Origin: Raillietiella orientalis
Lineage: Eukaryota
Assembly: GCA_036172245.1 (NCBI GenBank)
Contig: JAYWIR010000037.1
Coordinates: 1,116,001-1,180,000, forward strand
Length of the DNA stretch: 64,000 nt
Direction of reading: 5' to 3'
The position numbers were made by a program, and so were the translations under genes. Of the stretch, positions 1 through 13,870 are shown in pieces. How positions within the stretch are numbered: position 1 is the stretch's first letter; each line of letters starts with the position of its first letter. The notes beneath the pieces are model-generated. The model made no database searches. It had not been told where the DNA came from and was given only the letters and a program-made list of their open reading frames with translations.

Positions 1-1699
1 GATGCTAATTCCAAAGAACAATCTGATTAGTTTGCCACTAAGCAGCCTAATGATTTCAAACAATCATGCTTAGTGTTCTTCAAAACATAGCTGCTGAAAA
101 CACTGCATCTTTGAAGTAGTCCAAGAGCATTTTTTGCAAAGTGATTGCCTTGGTTTCCGAATTTTTAGGATTCAACTGGGATTCTAGGATTCGAATTCTT
201 AGCTGCCAAAGGAAAAAAACAACCAATTAAGGTGTTTAAAGACGATCACTGGTCTCCAGTCACCTATGTGCATCGGATAAACCGCCAGGAAATTCGTTTC
301 TGGAATCTTTCGATGCACGCCTATTTTCCTGATGAATTCGATCTTTACGCATTGTGTCCACGTGGTTTTATCCTGAAATGCCATCTAAATTTTGAAGATC
401 TTCGACCTGTTTCGCGTTTTACCGCTTTCATATTATTCTCCAGTTTCACTCTTCCCTTGTTGACAACACGATGTGCACATAAATTCGGCGAGTTGCTAGA
501 CAACCCCTTTCCAGCCGGCTATGTAAGCGTTTCCCAAGGAAATCTGGATACAGAGGTTACGTCATTTCCCGAGATCACTAGCCGCACGAAAAGCACTCTG
601 TAAGTTTCCCTGGAAAAGGGAGAGAAATCTTCGAAGTAAGGATGCCTTCATTAAAGTTTCCGATGGCCCCAATGGGTTTCAGAATGTCGCTCTGCAATGA
701 TTACAATTATTAGATGCCGATTATTAAAACCGCCGACTGTGCATGAGCTGACTTTTCGATCTGTAATTTCGGTGGGTTTCCTCCATTCTTCCCTCTTCGC
801 AGTGCTTTGATCTCCCGGAATCACCCGTGATAAAATGAGTGTTCATCCAGGAAACCAGATTTCAGGTTTCCTTTGCCTTTGCTCTTTCTCGGAATGCATA
901 CTCGAACAAGCAAATAGGCAGATTTGCACTCTGCTCTTTTATGTCAAAGATTCTGGGCAGGCGAATTCTGGGCAGACTCTTGGAACAGATTTGTCCTTGA
1001 TGGCACGTGGATCGGCTGAAATGCAGCATCAAAGGTTGCACAAGGAGGGCAAGTGCTAACCCTACTGTTACGTCATTTAATGTACACACGGTGAGTACAG
1101 TACCGGGAAAACAAAGACGCTAGAATAATGCACTGCATGGTGGAACAACACGCGGAAGGAACAACAAAACAAAGCAGAACAAAAAAGCCATAGAGCTCAT
1201 AACTGAATTGTCCTTTTTGCCGACCGCGCAAATATTTTAGGCACTTTCTTGAGCATGAAAATTTCGAGAGGAAAAATTTCCATCGCATCCGTGCGAAAAT
1301 AGACATGGCGACAAAGGTGAAATGGACCACGCGTAGGAGGAATTCTGCATTTAGGTCACTAGCAAGACGGTGCAGTGAACATAATAGATACGTGAATCAT
1401 ATTATTATTATCCATGTAATGTACGTCATGGTTTCGGCGATCCTAAAGTCGAAACTGTTGCAATCTCATCCGAGCCACGCCAAACAACGCGGTATGGCAA
1501 AACACATGATGAAAGGGAACGTAACGTGTTGTAGACGGCTTGATGCTCTACTCTGAATCCTCTGAACCCTTCCCCTCCCCCCCCCCCCAGATTTCACACG
1601 ACTTCTGTCTGCACATTCGTCTGTGGTAGACTTCCAAATTCATTCCAAAACTCTTAGCAAAGCAGATCAGAACTCATTTCCCGTAAGGGAAACATTTTG

Positions 1700-1960
1700 T
1701 ACATTTGTACGATATGGTTCCAACAAGACTGCATGAATTTCTTCGAGGTTTGCAAGCGGTTTTGTATTTATCGGCAGTCATCTGCGAGTGTCTCTCGTTA
1801 CTGATCACCGATCGCTTCACCTGAAGTGCATCAAATGAGACATCCGTTCCTTTCAAGGAAACTTGGAAAATGCTCAGATGGCGAACGTCAAGTAGTGCGT
1901 CGGAAGGAACCAGAATGTGATGATCTGGGTACGGGCGCGCGGGGGACCAGCTAAACTCTG
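1700..1960 (-). mobile_element. Eroded LINE RT fragment (N-terminal RT region)
   Basis: SPARPYPDHHIL resembles SPGPD.I; LSIFQVSLKG resembles L..IFN.SL..G. Confidence 0.35.
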
Positions 1961-3114
1961 CCAAAGAGTGGTCCCGTTACGAGAAATGAGGAAGCTGTTC
2001 CGAAGGATGCAAGCTGTTTTAAGATAGACGTGTAGAGGTCGAAGAAAAAAAAATGCCCGCTGAAGAAGACGGCCGAGACAGCAACAAGAAAAGAAGCGAG
2101 ACGGCTTTCCTGATTGGGGGGGTTCCCGTGGTGGAAAGGAGATTGATCTGAAAAGATGAGTTACGAAACACTAGATGTTGGCGGATCTTCGTCAGCATTT
2201 AGTGTCTCATGGAGTTGCTGATGAAGAACAGACGGTGTTCCTGAAAATGACTGGAACCTGCTTCGGCATCTGCACTGGTCTTGACGGTCGCACCCCAGTC
2301 AAGTTGATGGGTAGGTATTATCAAAAATCTACAAATGGGTTGCAGGAGTCTGCATCTCATGTTCCCAAATCTCCATAGGATTGTTTTGAATGCATTCGCA
2401 GAAAAAAGTCAAACGCTAAACATAGCAGATCTTCATCACTTTGTTATATCCATCCTGGAGACGAAGGAAGCAATAGACTGGAAAATTCTGTTATCTTGAA
2501 AATGATACACTGACTGTTAGATCTATATGTGGCGCGGAAGCTATTTACAAAGGGCAACTGATTTTTGCGCACGCAAACAGAAAAAAAAAAAAAAAAAATT
2601 GCGCAAATTGTTCGTCATGAAAGGTCGTTACTTATAGAAGAGGAGCTCTCATTTATCCTGTGTTTTTTAGAGGAAGTTGGATATCCTTATATTTCTACAG
2701 CCTTCGGTTTCCTACCATAAGCCCCTCGAATAATTACACTTCTTCTATTCTTCCCTTTATTTTGCTCCATTGTCTGACTCTTCAAGTATGAATTATGGCG
2801 AAATTCCTGGATCCAAAAATGATTTCCGGAACATCGTATCCAGAGCCGGGAAGAGGACGCTGACGGAAAAACAACTGCCAAGGGCGCAAAATGTAATGAG
2901 CTCGGATTTTTCTAATAGCGTCAAAGCAAAGTCCGGGGAAATTGTCCACCATTTTGGGGAGGTGCACGCAAGAAATGGCAACGGTTAAACCCGTAATAAT
3001 GCTAATAATGAAGTGGTCTAAATTACATGATTTGTTGCGAGGGTTGAGACGGCAGTTGCAAGAACCAGAGGAAGTGATAAGCTGGAGACAGAGATAGCGA
3101 GGAGCCGTCAGCCA

Positions 3115-3150
3115 TTTTTTATCTGCAGAGTTCACTCTGCAGATGAAAAA
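3115..3150. repeat. Inverted repeat, 16-bp stem (1 T-G), 4-nt loop
   Basis: TTTTTTATCTGCAGAG-TTCA-CTCTGCAGATGAAAAA. Confidence 0.9.
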
Positions 3151-3259
3151 ATTACAGTTCTGGGTAAAAACTATTCCGGAGAATCACTTACCGGATGAAT
3201 AGCTGCCAGAGCAACAGAAATAGAAACAAAAAAAGAAATTTTTCATGATGGAACGTTTG

Positions 3260-3720
3260 AATAAAGACCTATTTCTATTGACGTCTGTGAGATATTATTA
3301 CACATGCTCTGCGTTCTGAAAAGACATGAACAACTGTCCACGCTCTTTGACGGACCAGAGAAAAACGATCAGAAGACCAGTTCATTTCCGGTTTGCTCTA
3401 CACTGGAAGCCATCCATTCCATTCTCCTTAGTGTTGGATTCTGTTAATCCAGGAAGAAAGTTCGGTAGTACTGCTCTCATTATCAGTCGGCGACGAACTA
3501 ATGATCACCCGTTTCGTCGTTCGTGCCTTGCTGCCGTCCCTTCGGAAAGCAATTCTTCTGTGCTTCACAAAGGCACGCACCATTCGAATCAATTTCCCAA
3601 AGAATTGCGATGTACGATATTCCCTTTCTTTCGGAATAGGAAACCCAATCCAAACGAACTTCTTCATGGATCCTGTGGACTCCTTTCGTTCAATCACTGT
3701 GAGTAATTTAGTGACTCGTC
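3260..3720 (+). mobile_element. Eroded LINE RT fragment
   Basis: Motifs in RT order: RPISI; SLTDQRKTIR; PSIPFSLVLD (SP.LF.L..D); SVGDELMI (YADDL.I); IRINFPKNC (L.IN..KC). Confidence 0.5.
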
Positions 3721-6700
3721 ATCAGGAGATTCCAGCTGCTTGCAAATCTCCCGGTTTCTAAATCCGCGATGTCCACAAAATTCCTCGCGGTTAGCTGTTG
3801 CAGGCTGCATCACCGGTTTTTCAGCAACTATCTTTATGAGGCTGACATTGAATCCTCACTATGGAATGTTGCACCTCTAGAGCAGCCTCAGATAAGGCTG
3901 CTCTGCAGACAGCTGCTTTTGGTGAATTGAATATGCAGTGACCCCGCAGATCAATTAATGGAAACAGAACTGGGAGAAACTTCCAAGCGAATTCGGACAC
4001 GACTCTAGGCATCTTTGGGAAGCATCCACACTCAATGTGTCAATCCTCGCAGTGACCGTGAATTCACACCAGTAACCTTTCCAACATGTTCATTCCAACA
4101 CCAAGAACAAGATCTCAGATGTGCCCTAGGTCATTCTGGTTTTATCTGTGACTTCCTTGATTTTTTTGTTTTTTTATCGACAAAGTTGTCGACAAGGAAT
4201 CAGACAGATGAGGATGCAAGAGTGTTTTATTTTTTTTCCTGCTAGGTGAAGGCCTCGAACCTCAAAATTCGTGCTCTGCACTCGAATTTTCAGTGGAACA
4301 TCGACTGCTGGATCATTCCAAAGACTCGCAAATAGTTTGTACGGAAACCACGATTCCGAAATATCTTTTGTCTTCGCCTCCTACTGTTAGTAAACCTAGA
4401 AGTCATGCCTCATGTTTGGCTGCCTTCAGAGAAATTGCATTGGGATTGCCACGGATCCATCACGTGCAAGCTGCTCATTTTCATGCTGAGTGAAGGACTC
4501 AAGTTCTACCGTGGTTTCACCATTAGGAAAAGAAGGAACGAGAATACCGAGATCTTGTTGGATACCTTACTTTCAGGTGCTCACAACGCTGACATTTATT
4601 CCTTTCATTTCTGGATGTCTTCCTCTTGCGTCAAAACACGATGACCCAAGAGTTTCTATGCAGGAAAACGAATCATTTTCCAATCCGTGTTCAGGGGAGC
4701 CGAATTTCCCATCCGTGAATTCTTACAGGAAAGTGAATAATTGGTAACTGCTCAAGCGCTCGTGGACAGAGACTTTTAAGAGTTTAGGGAGCGAAGGAGC
4801 TTCCAAGCTCTTAGAGAAAGTTCACACACCAAAAAGGACCCAACTGACACGGGAAAAAAATGGCTGCCGAAATAAATGCACCATGTCTCAATTAGATGCT
4901 TGGGTAGCTAACAGAGCATAAATGGCGAAGGAAACAAGAAAACTCTTCGCAGACTTCCGTTGGAAAGAGTATTCGGTGATAAGAAGGAATTTCACGTGAA
5001 GGCAAAAATGCACTCCATAGAAAACAAGAAGAACAGGGGAAGAGGTAGTTAAGAGCAAGATCATTAGGAGATATGGAAAATGTTGGTCAATGAGTGTAAA
5101 GGTGATACAACAAAACAGTGCTGAGTGTTTCGGGGAAGGTGCGGTCATAAATCATTCTTGTGGAAAAGAATTAGGAGGCAATCACGTTTGAAAATGGAGA
5201 AAGAAGATACCTGTAGATTGGACAGATGCCCTCTTCGAAAGTCATATCTAGCTCTTGGAATTCTTTCTTCTGCAGTGGCTGAGAAAACAGTTACAGGAAA
5301 TCGAAGGAAATGCCCATTCCAGATGAGGGGCAGTTATGAAAGATGGAAAGAGACTAAGAGAGACTTGTCAGACATCTGCAGAGGAGGAGGAGTTCAAACC
5401 AGTTGCGAAAGTTAAACATTCCAAGAAATTGTTCTACCAAACAAACGTTAGCAGAATGAACCTTAGAAAGAAGAACGCCGAAGACTCTCTGTGAATGTGT
5501 GAATGACTTCTTACTTTTCGAAAGAAAATTCGAGTGCTGGGAATTCAGTTGCTTTCCTCCGATCCGAAGGCAGAAACTTTAGCTACCTGTTTCCAAGGAT
5601 TCTCAGATGCTCTTGGAGATTGTATCAACGAAATTGTTTATTCTTGATTGACTATCTACTGCAATGCAAGGCTTTGGAAAAAAAAAGAAAAAAGGAGGGA
5701 ATTAGGCATTGCAGTCATTGTGTTTCAGGATTTTAAACATCAGAAATTCCTGTCAAGGAGCTAAGCTCCCAGCAATGTTCGTCGCCACTTGGATGAAATG
5801 GTGGTAAACATAAGAAAAGGGTAATAAGCAAAAACTGATACCATCTTCAGCAAAAAGGCATTGCATACTTTGGCAAAGAATAGATCCGACTTTTAAGGGG
5901 GAGGAAGGGGGGGGATTCTCAACGAAGAATATGATCATATTATGGATTCATAAATAAATTAAGGAGCTAAAGATGACTTTAATCACTTCGACAGATCAAA
6001 ACCGCATGCGCAGAGCAAAAAGCATCTTCTCATGGTAATTTTCATCGTTTGCCTTATTCGCATCATCCTTTGGTCATCTTAACGGAGTGTTCTCTTGAGA
6101 GCAGGCTTGTTCCAATAGTCATGGAATCGGAAAGAATCTTCCCAACTTAGAACTGGAATTCGAAAAACAATCTGGGAATTCTTCTCTCTGTGCATCTCTC
6201 TGTGCAATCGTCTGCATCGGTTCTTCGTGGAACCGACTTTCCTGACCACGAGGGGAACAGATTTTTCAACTGCGCAAAGAATGTGCTGTCAGTGCTACGT
6301 AAGATAAATGGTTCTGATGAATGAAAGAGAAGCTGAATGAAATAATCTTCGAGTAGGGCAGTCACGAGTCGAACAGGAACAATTCTATGCACGTGAAGAT
6401 GCGAATGAACCAGAGGGGTAAAGGAAGATGGAAGTTGAAACGAAGGGAATTCCTCAACGTCCATCACAAGCATGATGATCATCAAAAGCCTCCGCCTTTT
6501 TGAACTTCCGCGCAAAGTGTTCCGGTTGCAACCTCAGCAGCCGCTGTTCTTCCATTAAGACAAACATTGCGTGCATCTCAAGAGGAAAGCACCGGTGGTA
6601 AATCCCAAGTTTAGGAACGAGGGCAGCTGGATCAAGCGATTCGATCGATTTCACTGAAAATCATAGAGTCTCCTTGGAAGGTTCCTGATCCTCGTGCCTT

Positions 6701-8849
6701 GGATGCCAGCAATAGATAAACGCGTCTGCCATTTTGTCCAGTCCTTTTAAAGTCATCCCAGGTTCTGCTTGGAAGAAACTAGTTGACCTTTACAAGATGA
6801 AAAGATACTCATCGCAATCACATGGATATGTGAAAAAGAACAGCGATTCATCATTCAGATTTGTCGTCAATCAGGCTTTTTTGCATCGATGTCATTCGGT
6901 TTGCTTTGGGGAAGTTGTAAATTATTCTTCTGATGATGGTACATTTTTGAAACTCAGGTAGGAAACCAAACTTGTCAGATTATTGAAAATGCTCTCGAAT
7001 CTTTCACCTTTCATGAAGACGCAGTGTGACTTTTGAATGCAGTGTGACCTTCAGTGGGAAGCTGCCTTCTTTTTTTGCGTTTTCACTCTTTTGCCGAAAT
7101 GCAGGATGGGAACATGCGTTTTCCGTCAGATTTCTGATACTGAACTCGATGTTTTCGAAAGCTGCTGTTAAAAGGTATACCTTCCCGGGGAGAGACGACG
7201 TTCTCTTCATCTTTCTCTGTGCAGCATCGAGATGAAACCTAATTTCAACTCAGCACAGATTTCAGCGAACAGATTCGCGCATTAAAAAGGTACATTTTGC
7301 TTTCACCAAATCTCCGAATCCCGGCTATGGAGCTGCTCTTCTGCACCAAATACGGAACCCCCCGCAATGGGTGAAACACGGCTTGCTTCCAAGTTTCCAT
7401 TTCCTTAGGAGGATTTCAGTTCCTCTGCGACTTTCTAATGTTTTCTCAGAGGTCCATTCCTCAATGTGTGCACTGAAAATTACTTCCGTCTGCATGATTT
7501 ACCCAAGGCTCGCTGACCTCAGCCTCGATCTTTCATATCCCACAAAAGGATAGCCAGTCACCCAGCATCAAGGGGAGGAAAGGACGAGACAATCTCTGAT
7601 ATTACGGAATTTCAATACCATTGAATTCGCAGTCGGACCTTTCTCGGATTTCTCCAAGTCATCCTTGTTTACGAGCGCATGCAGTTTTCCCACTCTTCCT
7701 CCTTAAAGTTGCTATCCCTTAAATGGATACAATCCTGAATAAGATGAATGTGAAATCGAGCAGAATTATCCAACCTCAGGGCTGGTATGAGTTGATTATT
7801 TTAGATCTTGAGCCTGTGATTCGCCGCTATCATGGAAAACAATCGCAAGGGTTTCGCAACTCTTCAAAAGTTCCCAAATCATGAAACAGAATCAGATGTG
7901 GCGCTTATCTGTGGCCCTTTGATACCGTTAAGACTTCAAAGCCCACTTTTCCTTGGTACCCTGATAAAACACCTCGTGATCCTTGCGCAACAAATGCAAC
8001 TCTTGAACAACACACGCTAGATCAAGAGCTTCTTGTGTTCAAGCTGCAAGGCAGCAGCCATTAGTTGGTTGGATCCTCCCTCTTCATCTAATAACGTCAA
8101 ATTCATGCTTGTTCTCAGTTTGGACAACCTCCAAATCTCATTATAAGAGGCCGAATAATACCTTGAATCATTCTACTAGAATCCATTTGTAGATGTGCTT
8201 CTCCTCCTGTAGCTTATTCTCGCCTATTCGACTGGAAATCGGTGATTTCATGTGACTTGCAGCTAGCGAATGGTTTCAGTTGCAGGAAGTCCATTTTCAT
8301 CCATTAGTGGAGCATTCTTTCAGACTTCACTTGACAAAGATGGAACGCACCTTCTGCTTTTTTGACTTCTCACCCCTTAGTAAGAAAATGGTCGCTCCTG
8401 CTTCGGCAGCAAACTTGCTAAACGTCCTCAATATGTTTAGGGTGAAGCCTGTAAGACACATACAAGCCGCCATTTTGTTCCAAGACATCAGCGGGATGAG
8501 GGAAACAGACCGTTTGGTGAGGATGACCTCTTGCAAACGTGAATCACGGAATATTTCGTTCATGATACTTCTGGAGGGCACCACTGATCCACGTCCTCAA
8601 GAAAGTCATCTAGAAAACATCATATGACAAGTTTCAAAAAAAGAAATGAAAGCAATGAAGCGATTTTGATTTTCAAGTTTCTAAATGATCCCATCGAGCA
8701 AGAGGTTGATTTTCAAATTTTTATCACCAAGGAGAGAGGATTGGAATGCTGCCATCAGAAATATTGAAATTCTTGGATGACGAAACTGTGATAATTTAAA
8801 AATTTATGTTCCAGACTGCGAAATGCCAAGAGTATTCTTGAAAGCCTTT

Positions 8850-9230
8850 GCTTCATTTATTAGGCCCCATAACCACCGAAATGAGTGGAGAAATCCACCC
8901 CCATGGAATGGACTTCTGTGACATAGTCGATGAAATGTGTGATCCTGTACCGCAAAGGTGCAGCAATGAATCAAGGCAAGGCACTGAGCATGACCCACCT
9001 TCCAGAACTCGGCGATGGTCGCTCGTTCTGAAAGCTTCATGGATCTTGGCAGTTCCGACAAGAAACCCTGGTCCTCGAGATCTTCCAGCGCCTATAATGT
9101 GTTCACGCAGGCTTTCGACTTGGAGACCACTGTTTTAAAGAGATCTCAGAGAATCAGGATTTTCTATCGCGTAGATCGCATGGCGACCACCTTCCAGCGC
9201 GTAGTGAAGCGATCCATCCCGGTCGCTGAA
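8850..9230 (+). mobile_element. Eroded CR1-like RT fragment
   Basis: EIHPHGM...VDEMCDPV...SRQG (IHP..L...EI..PL..IF..S...G); AYNVFTQAFDL..VLKR...VDRM (Y.DF.KAFD.V...L.K). Confidence 0.55.
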
Positions 9231-10189
9231 TTTGCGTGCCGAAGAAACGCGCTCTTGCCATCTAGAGCCTTCAGAGTGCTTTAGGAAGACAGTCAGTCAG
9301 TCAACCGTCGGCGTCAGTTTATTCTTTCTCAGTTCCGGAGCTCGTGTTCTCAGGTGCTCACTCGCTTGTCGGTCGGGTGGTGACTCGGGCACAGCGACCA
9401 GTGATGCCGGGAGCACACATCTCAGAGCTGCTTTCAAGAAAACTCGTGGGTTTCCGCGCACCCCTGACTTATGGAACTCCTGCTTTCATCACACACGCAC
9501 ACAAAAAAATTTCCATCCCGAGGGAATATCAGAGCATTCACAGGGCAGCCTGCTCACGTATCTCAAACAAGGAAAGCCTGTGAATTTATCTGGGAAGGCA
9601 ATTAGTGCTTGAGCTCGCGAACCATGAGGGTCTCGCTGGAAAAAAGCATTTAAAGAAAACAAATCAGATAGGTTGCGGCGAAGATACAGACGATAAACCC
9701 TAATGCAGGGGTAAAATTACACTTCGAGGTGAACCTTCATTCTGGGCGGTTGTGCAACCGATTTATTGTTTTTTTTTATTTGCTCAACATCCGCGGGAAG
9801 TAACGTTCCTATCGTATTTCACTGGTGGGAATCTCATCCGTAGGGAGAGATAAAGGATGTGAAAATCGCTGCTTAGTTGCCTGCTTAATGTCACCCTTAA
9901 TAGAAATTTTATTTCCCTGCGCCCAGTCTGGCGGGAAAGCAGAACGTGGACAACCGCCCGACGGGCACACGGGCTTCTGTGCGCAATCTGGAAAAATCCA
10001 GAAATCGGGCGCTTCATGAATCTTTACGTTTTAGCTGTTGATGCGAGATGAGCGTCTGGAGGTCTCCTGTCCATTTCTACGGAGAGGAAAAAGATCTCGT
10101 TCTTGCACCTCACTTGGCTTCTTCGTTTAAAATGCTCACCTCACCCCACTGTGTGATCGACCGCCATCTGTGGCTGGAATTCAGGGACG

Positions 10190-10480
10190 GATAGTCTGTC
10201 TTTTCCGCAGCAAACGTCCAGCTGGGCCGTCCACCCTGGAGCGAAACGTGGCAGGGAACGGCAGCTGATTCTCTGAAGAACGTTCTGTTCCTTTGGGACG
10301 ATCTCATTGCTACGGATTCTGTCAGCCAGTGGCAGTCGATTCGAGTACGGGAGTGGCCGGAGTTGACAGGTGAGAAATGCCTTCCGAAGAACTTTTTCCC
10401 GATAGTGTCCCCAAAGTGGATGTTACGCGGCCACACTTTCTGCGGATGAAGCGTGCAAAGTGTCAGCATCAAGGAAACTT
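10190..10480 (+). mobile_element. Eroded Ty3/gypsy-like LTR retrotransposon RT fragment
   Basis: + frame reads QLG...SETWQ....LKNVLFLWDDLIA (DD at 10297-10302)...LTGEKC...MLRGHTFCG*, matching gypsy RT FG...FQ...YxDDI...L..EKC..FLGH. Confidence 0.6.
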
Positions 10481-12519
10481 GGCATAAGTGCAGAGATGCA
10501 CATCCAACTTCAAACGATCTCTGCTTTCACCGTCGCACTGATCGACTCCGCAACTGAGACTCGGATTCTCTTCCTGAGTGGATTTAGACTTAACTGGGAC
10601 ACTTAATGGGAAGTTGGTTCCCTAGTTCACAGCTCCTTCCAGCTCCAGGCAATCATCTCTCGAGCTTGTTTTTGCCAAGTAGTGACTGCTCTTTGTTTAA
10701 GCGCTCTTATTGTGTCTCCTTCAAATGAAGATGTATATATAAGCATCTAGAGTTTCTCTGAGAGCATGGACTCAAGATCCTAATAGAAACCACAAATTAA
10801 AACTCCACAGAAAAACAAAAAAAGCATAAAACACGTTTAGGAACAAAAAATGGGAATGCGTCTGGCTTCTCGTTCTGGATGACGACGCAACTTTGTGGCA
10901 CGAGATAATTCGGCTGTGAATTCATGATCGAGCAGCTGATGAGCATTGGCTCCTCCCCACGGACTTCTTGCGGCGTCCTACACTTCTTCCTCCTTGTCCT
11001 TTGGTTGCGATGGCGTGGTGGTGTGCTTGGAGGCTGGTCTGAAAGGGTCTTTAGTCAGGGAAGATGGATTCCGTTTCCTCACTGTGCTCCACACAAAGAG
11101 AATCAATTTCTGCTCCTCGCACGAGATGCGCGGCGACGTTTCGTTCGAGTGGAACAGAAATGCATTCGAGACTGCCGACTCTCTTCTGGGCTGGAACTCC
11201 ACTCCGGAATAACGGATTTCTTGTTTTCGCCAACCGCTGAGCTGTTATCACTTCCCGATCTTCCTAGTTGTTTATCACAATGCAGATTATACTCTGTGCA
11301 CCCCCACATAAACCACCGGGAGATTCCGGTTATCTCCCGCTCGTTGTCTGGGATGGATTCTCGAGAATTCCACTCTGGATAGGCCAAGAGTATTCCCATT
11401 TTTTTTTGCAGCTTTCCCTAGCTGCGCGCGTTTCATACGCAGAAGAACGTGCTAAACCAACGCATTTGAAAAGGGAAAGGGCTGATTTTTTTTTTTTTTT
11501 TAGAAAACCAGAAGGAAATCCCAACCAGGAGGAACTCTCCATCTGTGGATGTTTGCTCGGAGAAAGATGCGTCACGTGACAGTAAACTGATGGAAGGCAA
11601 ATTGATCATCCGATGTGGCATCGCGTATACCGTGGGTGCACGGCATAAACGATGGCACGCATAGTGAACACGGAGGCATACAAGCTCTAAGCACGAAAAA
11701 TGCTCAGTCAAAAAAAACCTGTGACAAAACCAGCACTTATGATTTGTGTTCAGATTTGTGTGCAGTAGCGAGCCTTGTAGTGGATTTCGGTAGCTGAGAC
11801 GCAGTAACTGTACTCTTCCACATTCCTCCGTTTTTATCCTACCTGCGAATACTCTTCCTTAATAAATACCTGATAATCATCTCAGTTTGACGAATAAAAC
11901 AAGTTCCAGATTTTTTTCCAAACTCTGCTGTGCTACCAAATCTTGCATGCGCAGTAAATTATAATTGCTGTTTCTGTGGAGATTCCATGGAAATATATGG
12001 AATTTTTTCCGTGTCTTTTCGCTCTTGTGGCTAGCCATCTTGGATTTTCCTTCGGAAGAGATTTACACAAAAACCACCACCATCATTCTTCAAGCTCTTC
12101 CCTTGAATTGAAAGTTCAGTGATTCTTTCCATCTCGTCTATGGATGCTTCCGAGGAATTCTTCCTGCCTTTATGATTTCAGTTCCGCGTTCTTGATCCGT
12201 TCTTCATCTGCCCTCTCGAATAACCTGCTTCCGAGTGTGCCTCGTGATGCCTCGGCTGCCGGATTTGCGTTTGTTAGCACAGGAGTACGCCAGTGTCAGT
12301 CACTTTTGCGTCACTCCGCACATATCAGTGTATCCCGCCATGGCTCTCAACATTTTCTTAAGAAATGTTCCTGGATAGGAGGCTGACAGCAACAGGTGCC
12401 TCTCCAAGAGGATGCTATCCAACGTACACGTCTTTCGAAATCCTGGTTTCGACGACGCTGATGCGTGTGAAGCAGCATTGATGTCGCCGCCACCTGCGCC
12501 AAGTGCGTTTTGGTCGCTA

Positions 12520-12750
12520 CCTCTCGTGAGTCTTCAACAGTGGCAAACCTACTCTTTCTTGCAGAACAAACTGCGCCGAAGAATTCAAGAGTTGGAGCCT
12601 TCATGAGCCGGAAAGCTGAACTCAAAAATTCCTTGCCGTTCTTTAACGGAAGCGGTGTTAAAGGATTAAGTCCATTCGAGCTTTCTCTCGTACGCGCCCA
12701 AACACTCGAGTCCAAGAACGATCCAGAGAAAGTAGCGAGGAAACGAATCT
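12520..12750 (-). mobile_element. Eroded CR1-like RT fragment
   Basis: SNGLNPLTPLP..GKEF (NYRPI.L...K); TLEFFGAV (LLEFF..V). Confidence 0.35.
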
Positions 12751-13574
12751 ACAGGTTCTCATTGACGTACCACGGTGAACCTTTTTCGGGGACTCGCGGT
12801 CTTGAGGGTAACACGGAACGCTTCCCGAAGGAGAGCTCGTCCGGTTGTGGTTCTGCCGAAGTGAGTTGCAGAGACATGCGCAGAGAGCAGTCAGAGCCCA
12901 GCGATCCCTAGCAGCTCCTGTTCGACCATGAAACCAGACACCGCGAATTAGGGCGAGGGAAATAGTACACCGCGGAGCGGGAATCCCTTCTCCATTTCAC
13001 ATGCTCGCTGGAGACCGACTCTTCGATTTCAATCGAGAGGAATGGGTGGCCGGCAACCAGAGTGCGTGTGCAAGAGTGCCCGATTGGCCTACTCCAGACG
13101 GTCTTTCGCTGGCGAGGGAGGCCGGGACGACTGAAGCGTCTGGAGCGTCAGTTTGCGAATGCTCCAGCCGCCACAGCAGCAAAAAACGATAGGATGCTGA
13201 ACGTTCTTCTTGCTGGTCTCTTCCTGCACCGACAGCAACCCTTCGCTGGCGTCTCATCCAGCGTCCGTGTGTATTCCGGCCACCTGTGCTCGGATCATAG
13301 AAATCTCCAATTTTCCAGGATGGAAACTGTGCGAACGGTGAAGGGAAGACACACACACACAGTGAGCGGGTATTGCTGGTTTGTGGCCGGCGGGAACTGA
13401 AAGATCCTCGTCCGAAGACGCAGGACCTCTTGAGACTGTCGATGCGCATGGAGCCACAAGTCCCCGCTTGCTGTTCCTTAAGAGTCCTGCTCGCGCGAGC
13501 CGCTCGCAACATTTTCGGAAGACTTTTGCCGGCAGACTTTCGCTTCGCCCCCGTATCTTCGGTGGCTGGCGCTC

Positions 13575-13870
13575 ATGATGCCCAGATTCACGAGCGTGGG
13601 TGTTGTACCTTCCTCCCACGACCCCTTTCCTGCTCGTTCTTCCGCTTTGTTGCATCTTCACGAGAATGCTCTTCTACGGCTCGGCAGTCAGCGTGGAGCT
13701 CCATTTCCGAACCTTCGGAAGAGAATTTTCCCCTTTCAGATGTTGCCAGCGTTTCCAAGGTGCCGCATCTGCGGCCAGGTTTTCATCGACCTTTCCCCCT
13801 GTTTCGTGAGATACTCCCAACTACGAGGGCGCTAGGGGCGGTCCAGTTAAGGTCTTCGGCGGCATGAACT
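13575..13870 (+). mobile_element. Eroded LINE RT fragment
   Basis: SVGVVPSS (G.VP..W); LPLCCIFTRML (KIFER.L); GQVFIDLSPCF (VFIDLSKAF) in RT order. Confidence 0.55.

Noticed and set aside
6150..9290. Possible minus-strand spliced gene
   Set aside because: Splice phases inconsistent, stops in candidate exons, no recognisable homology.
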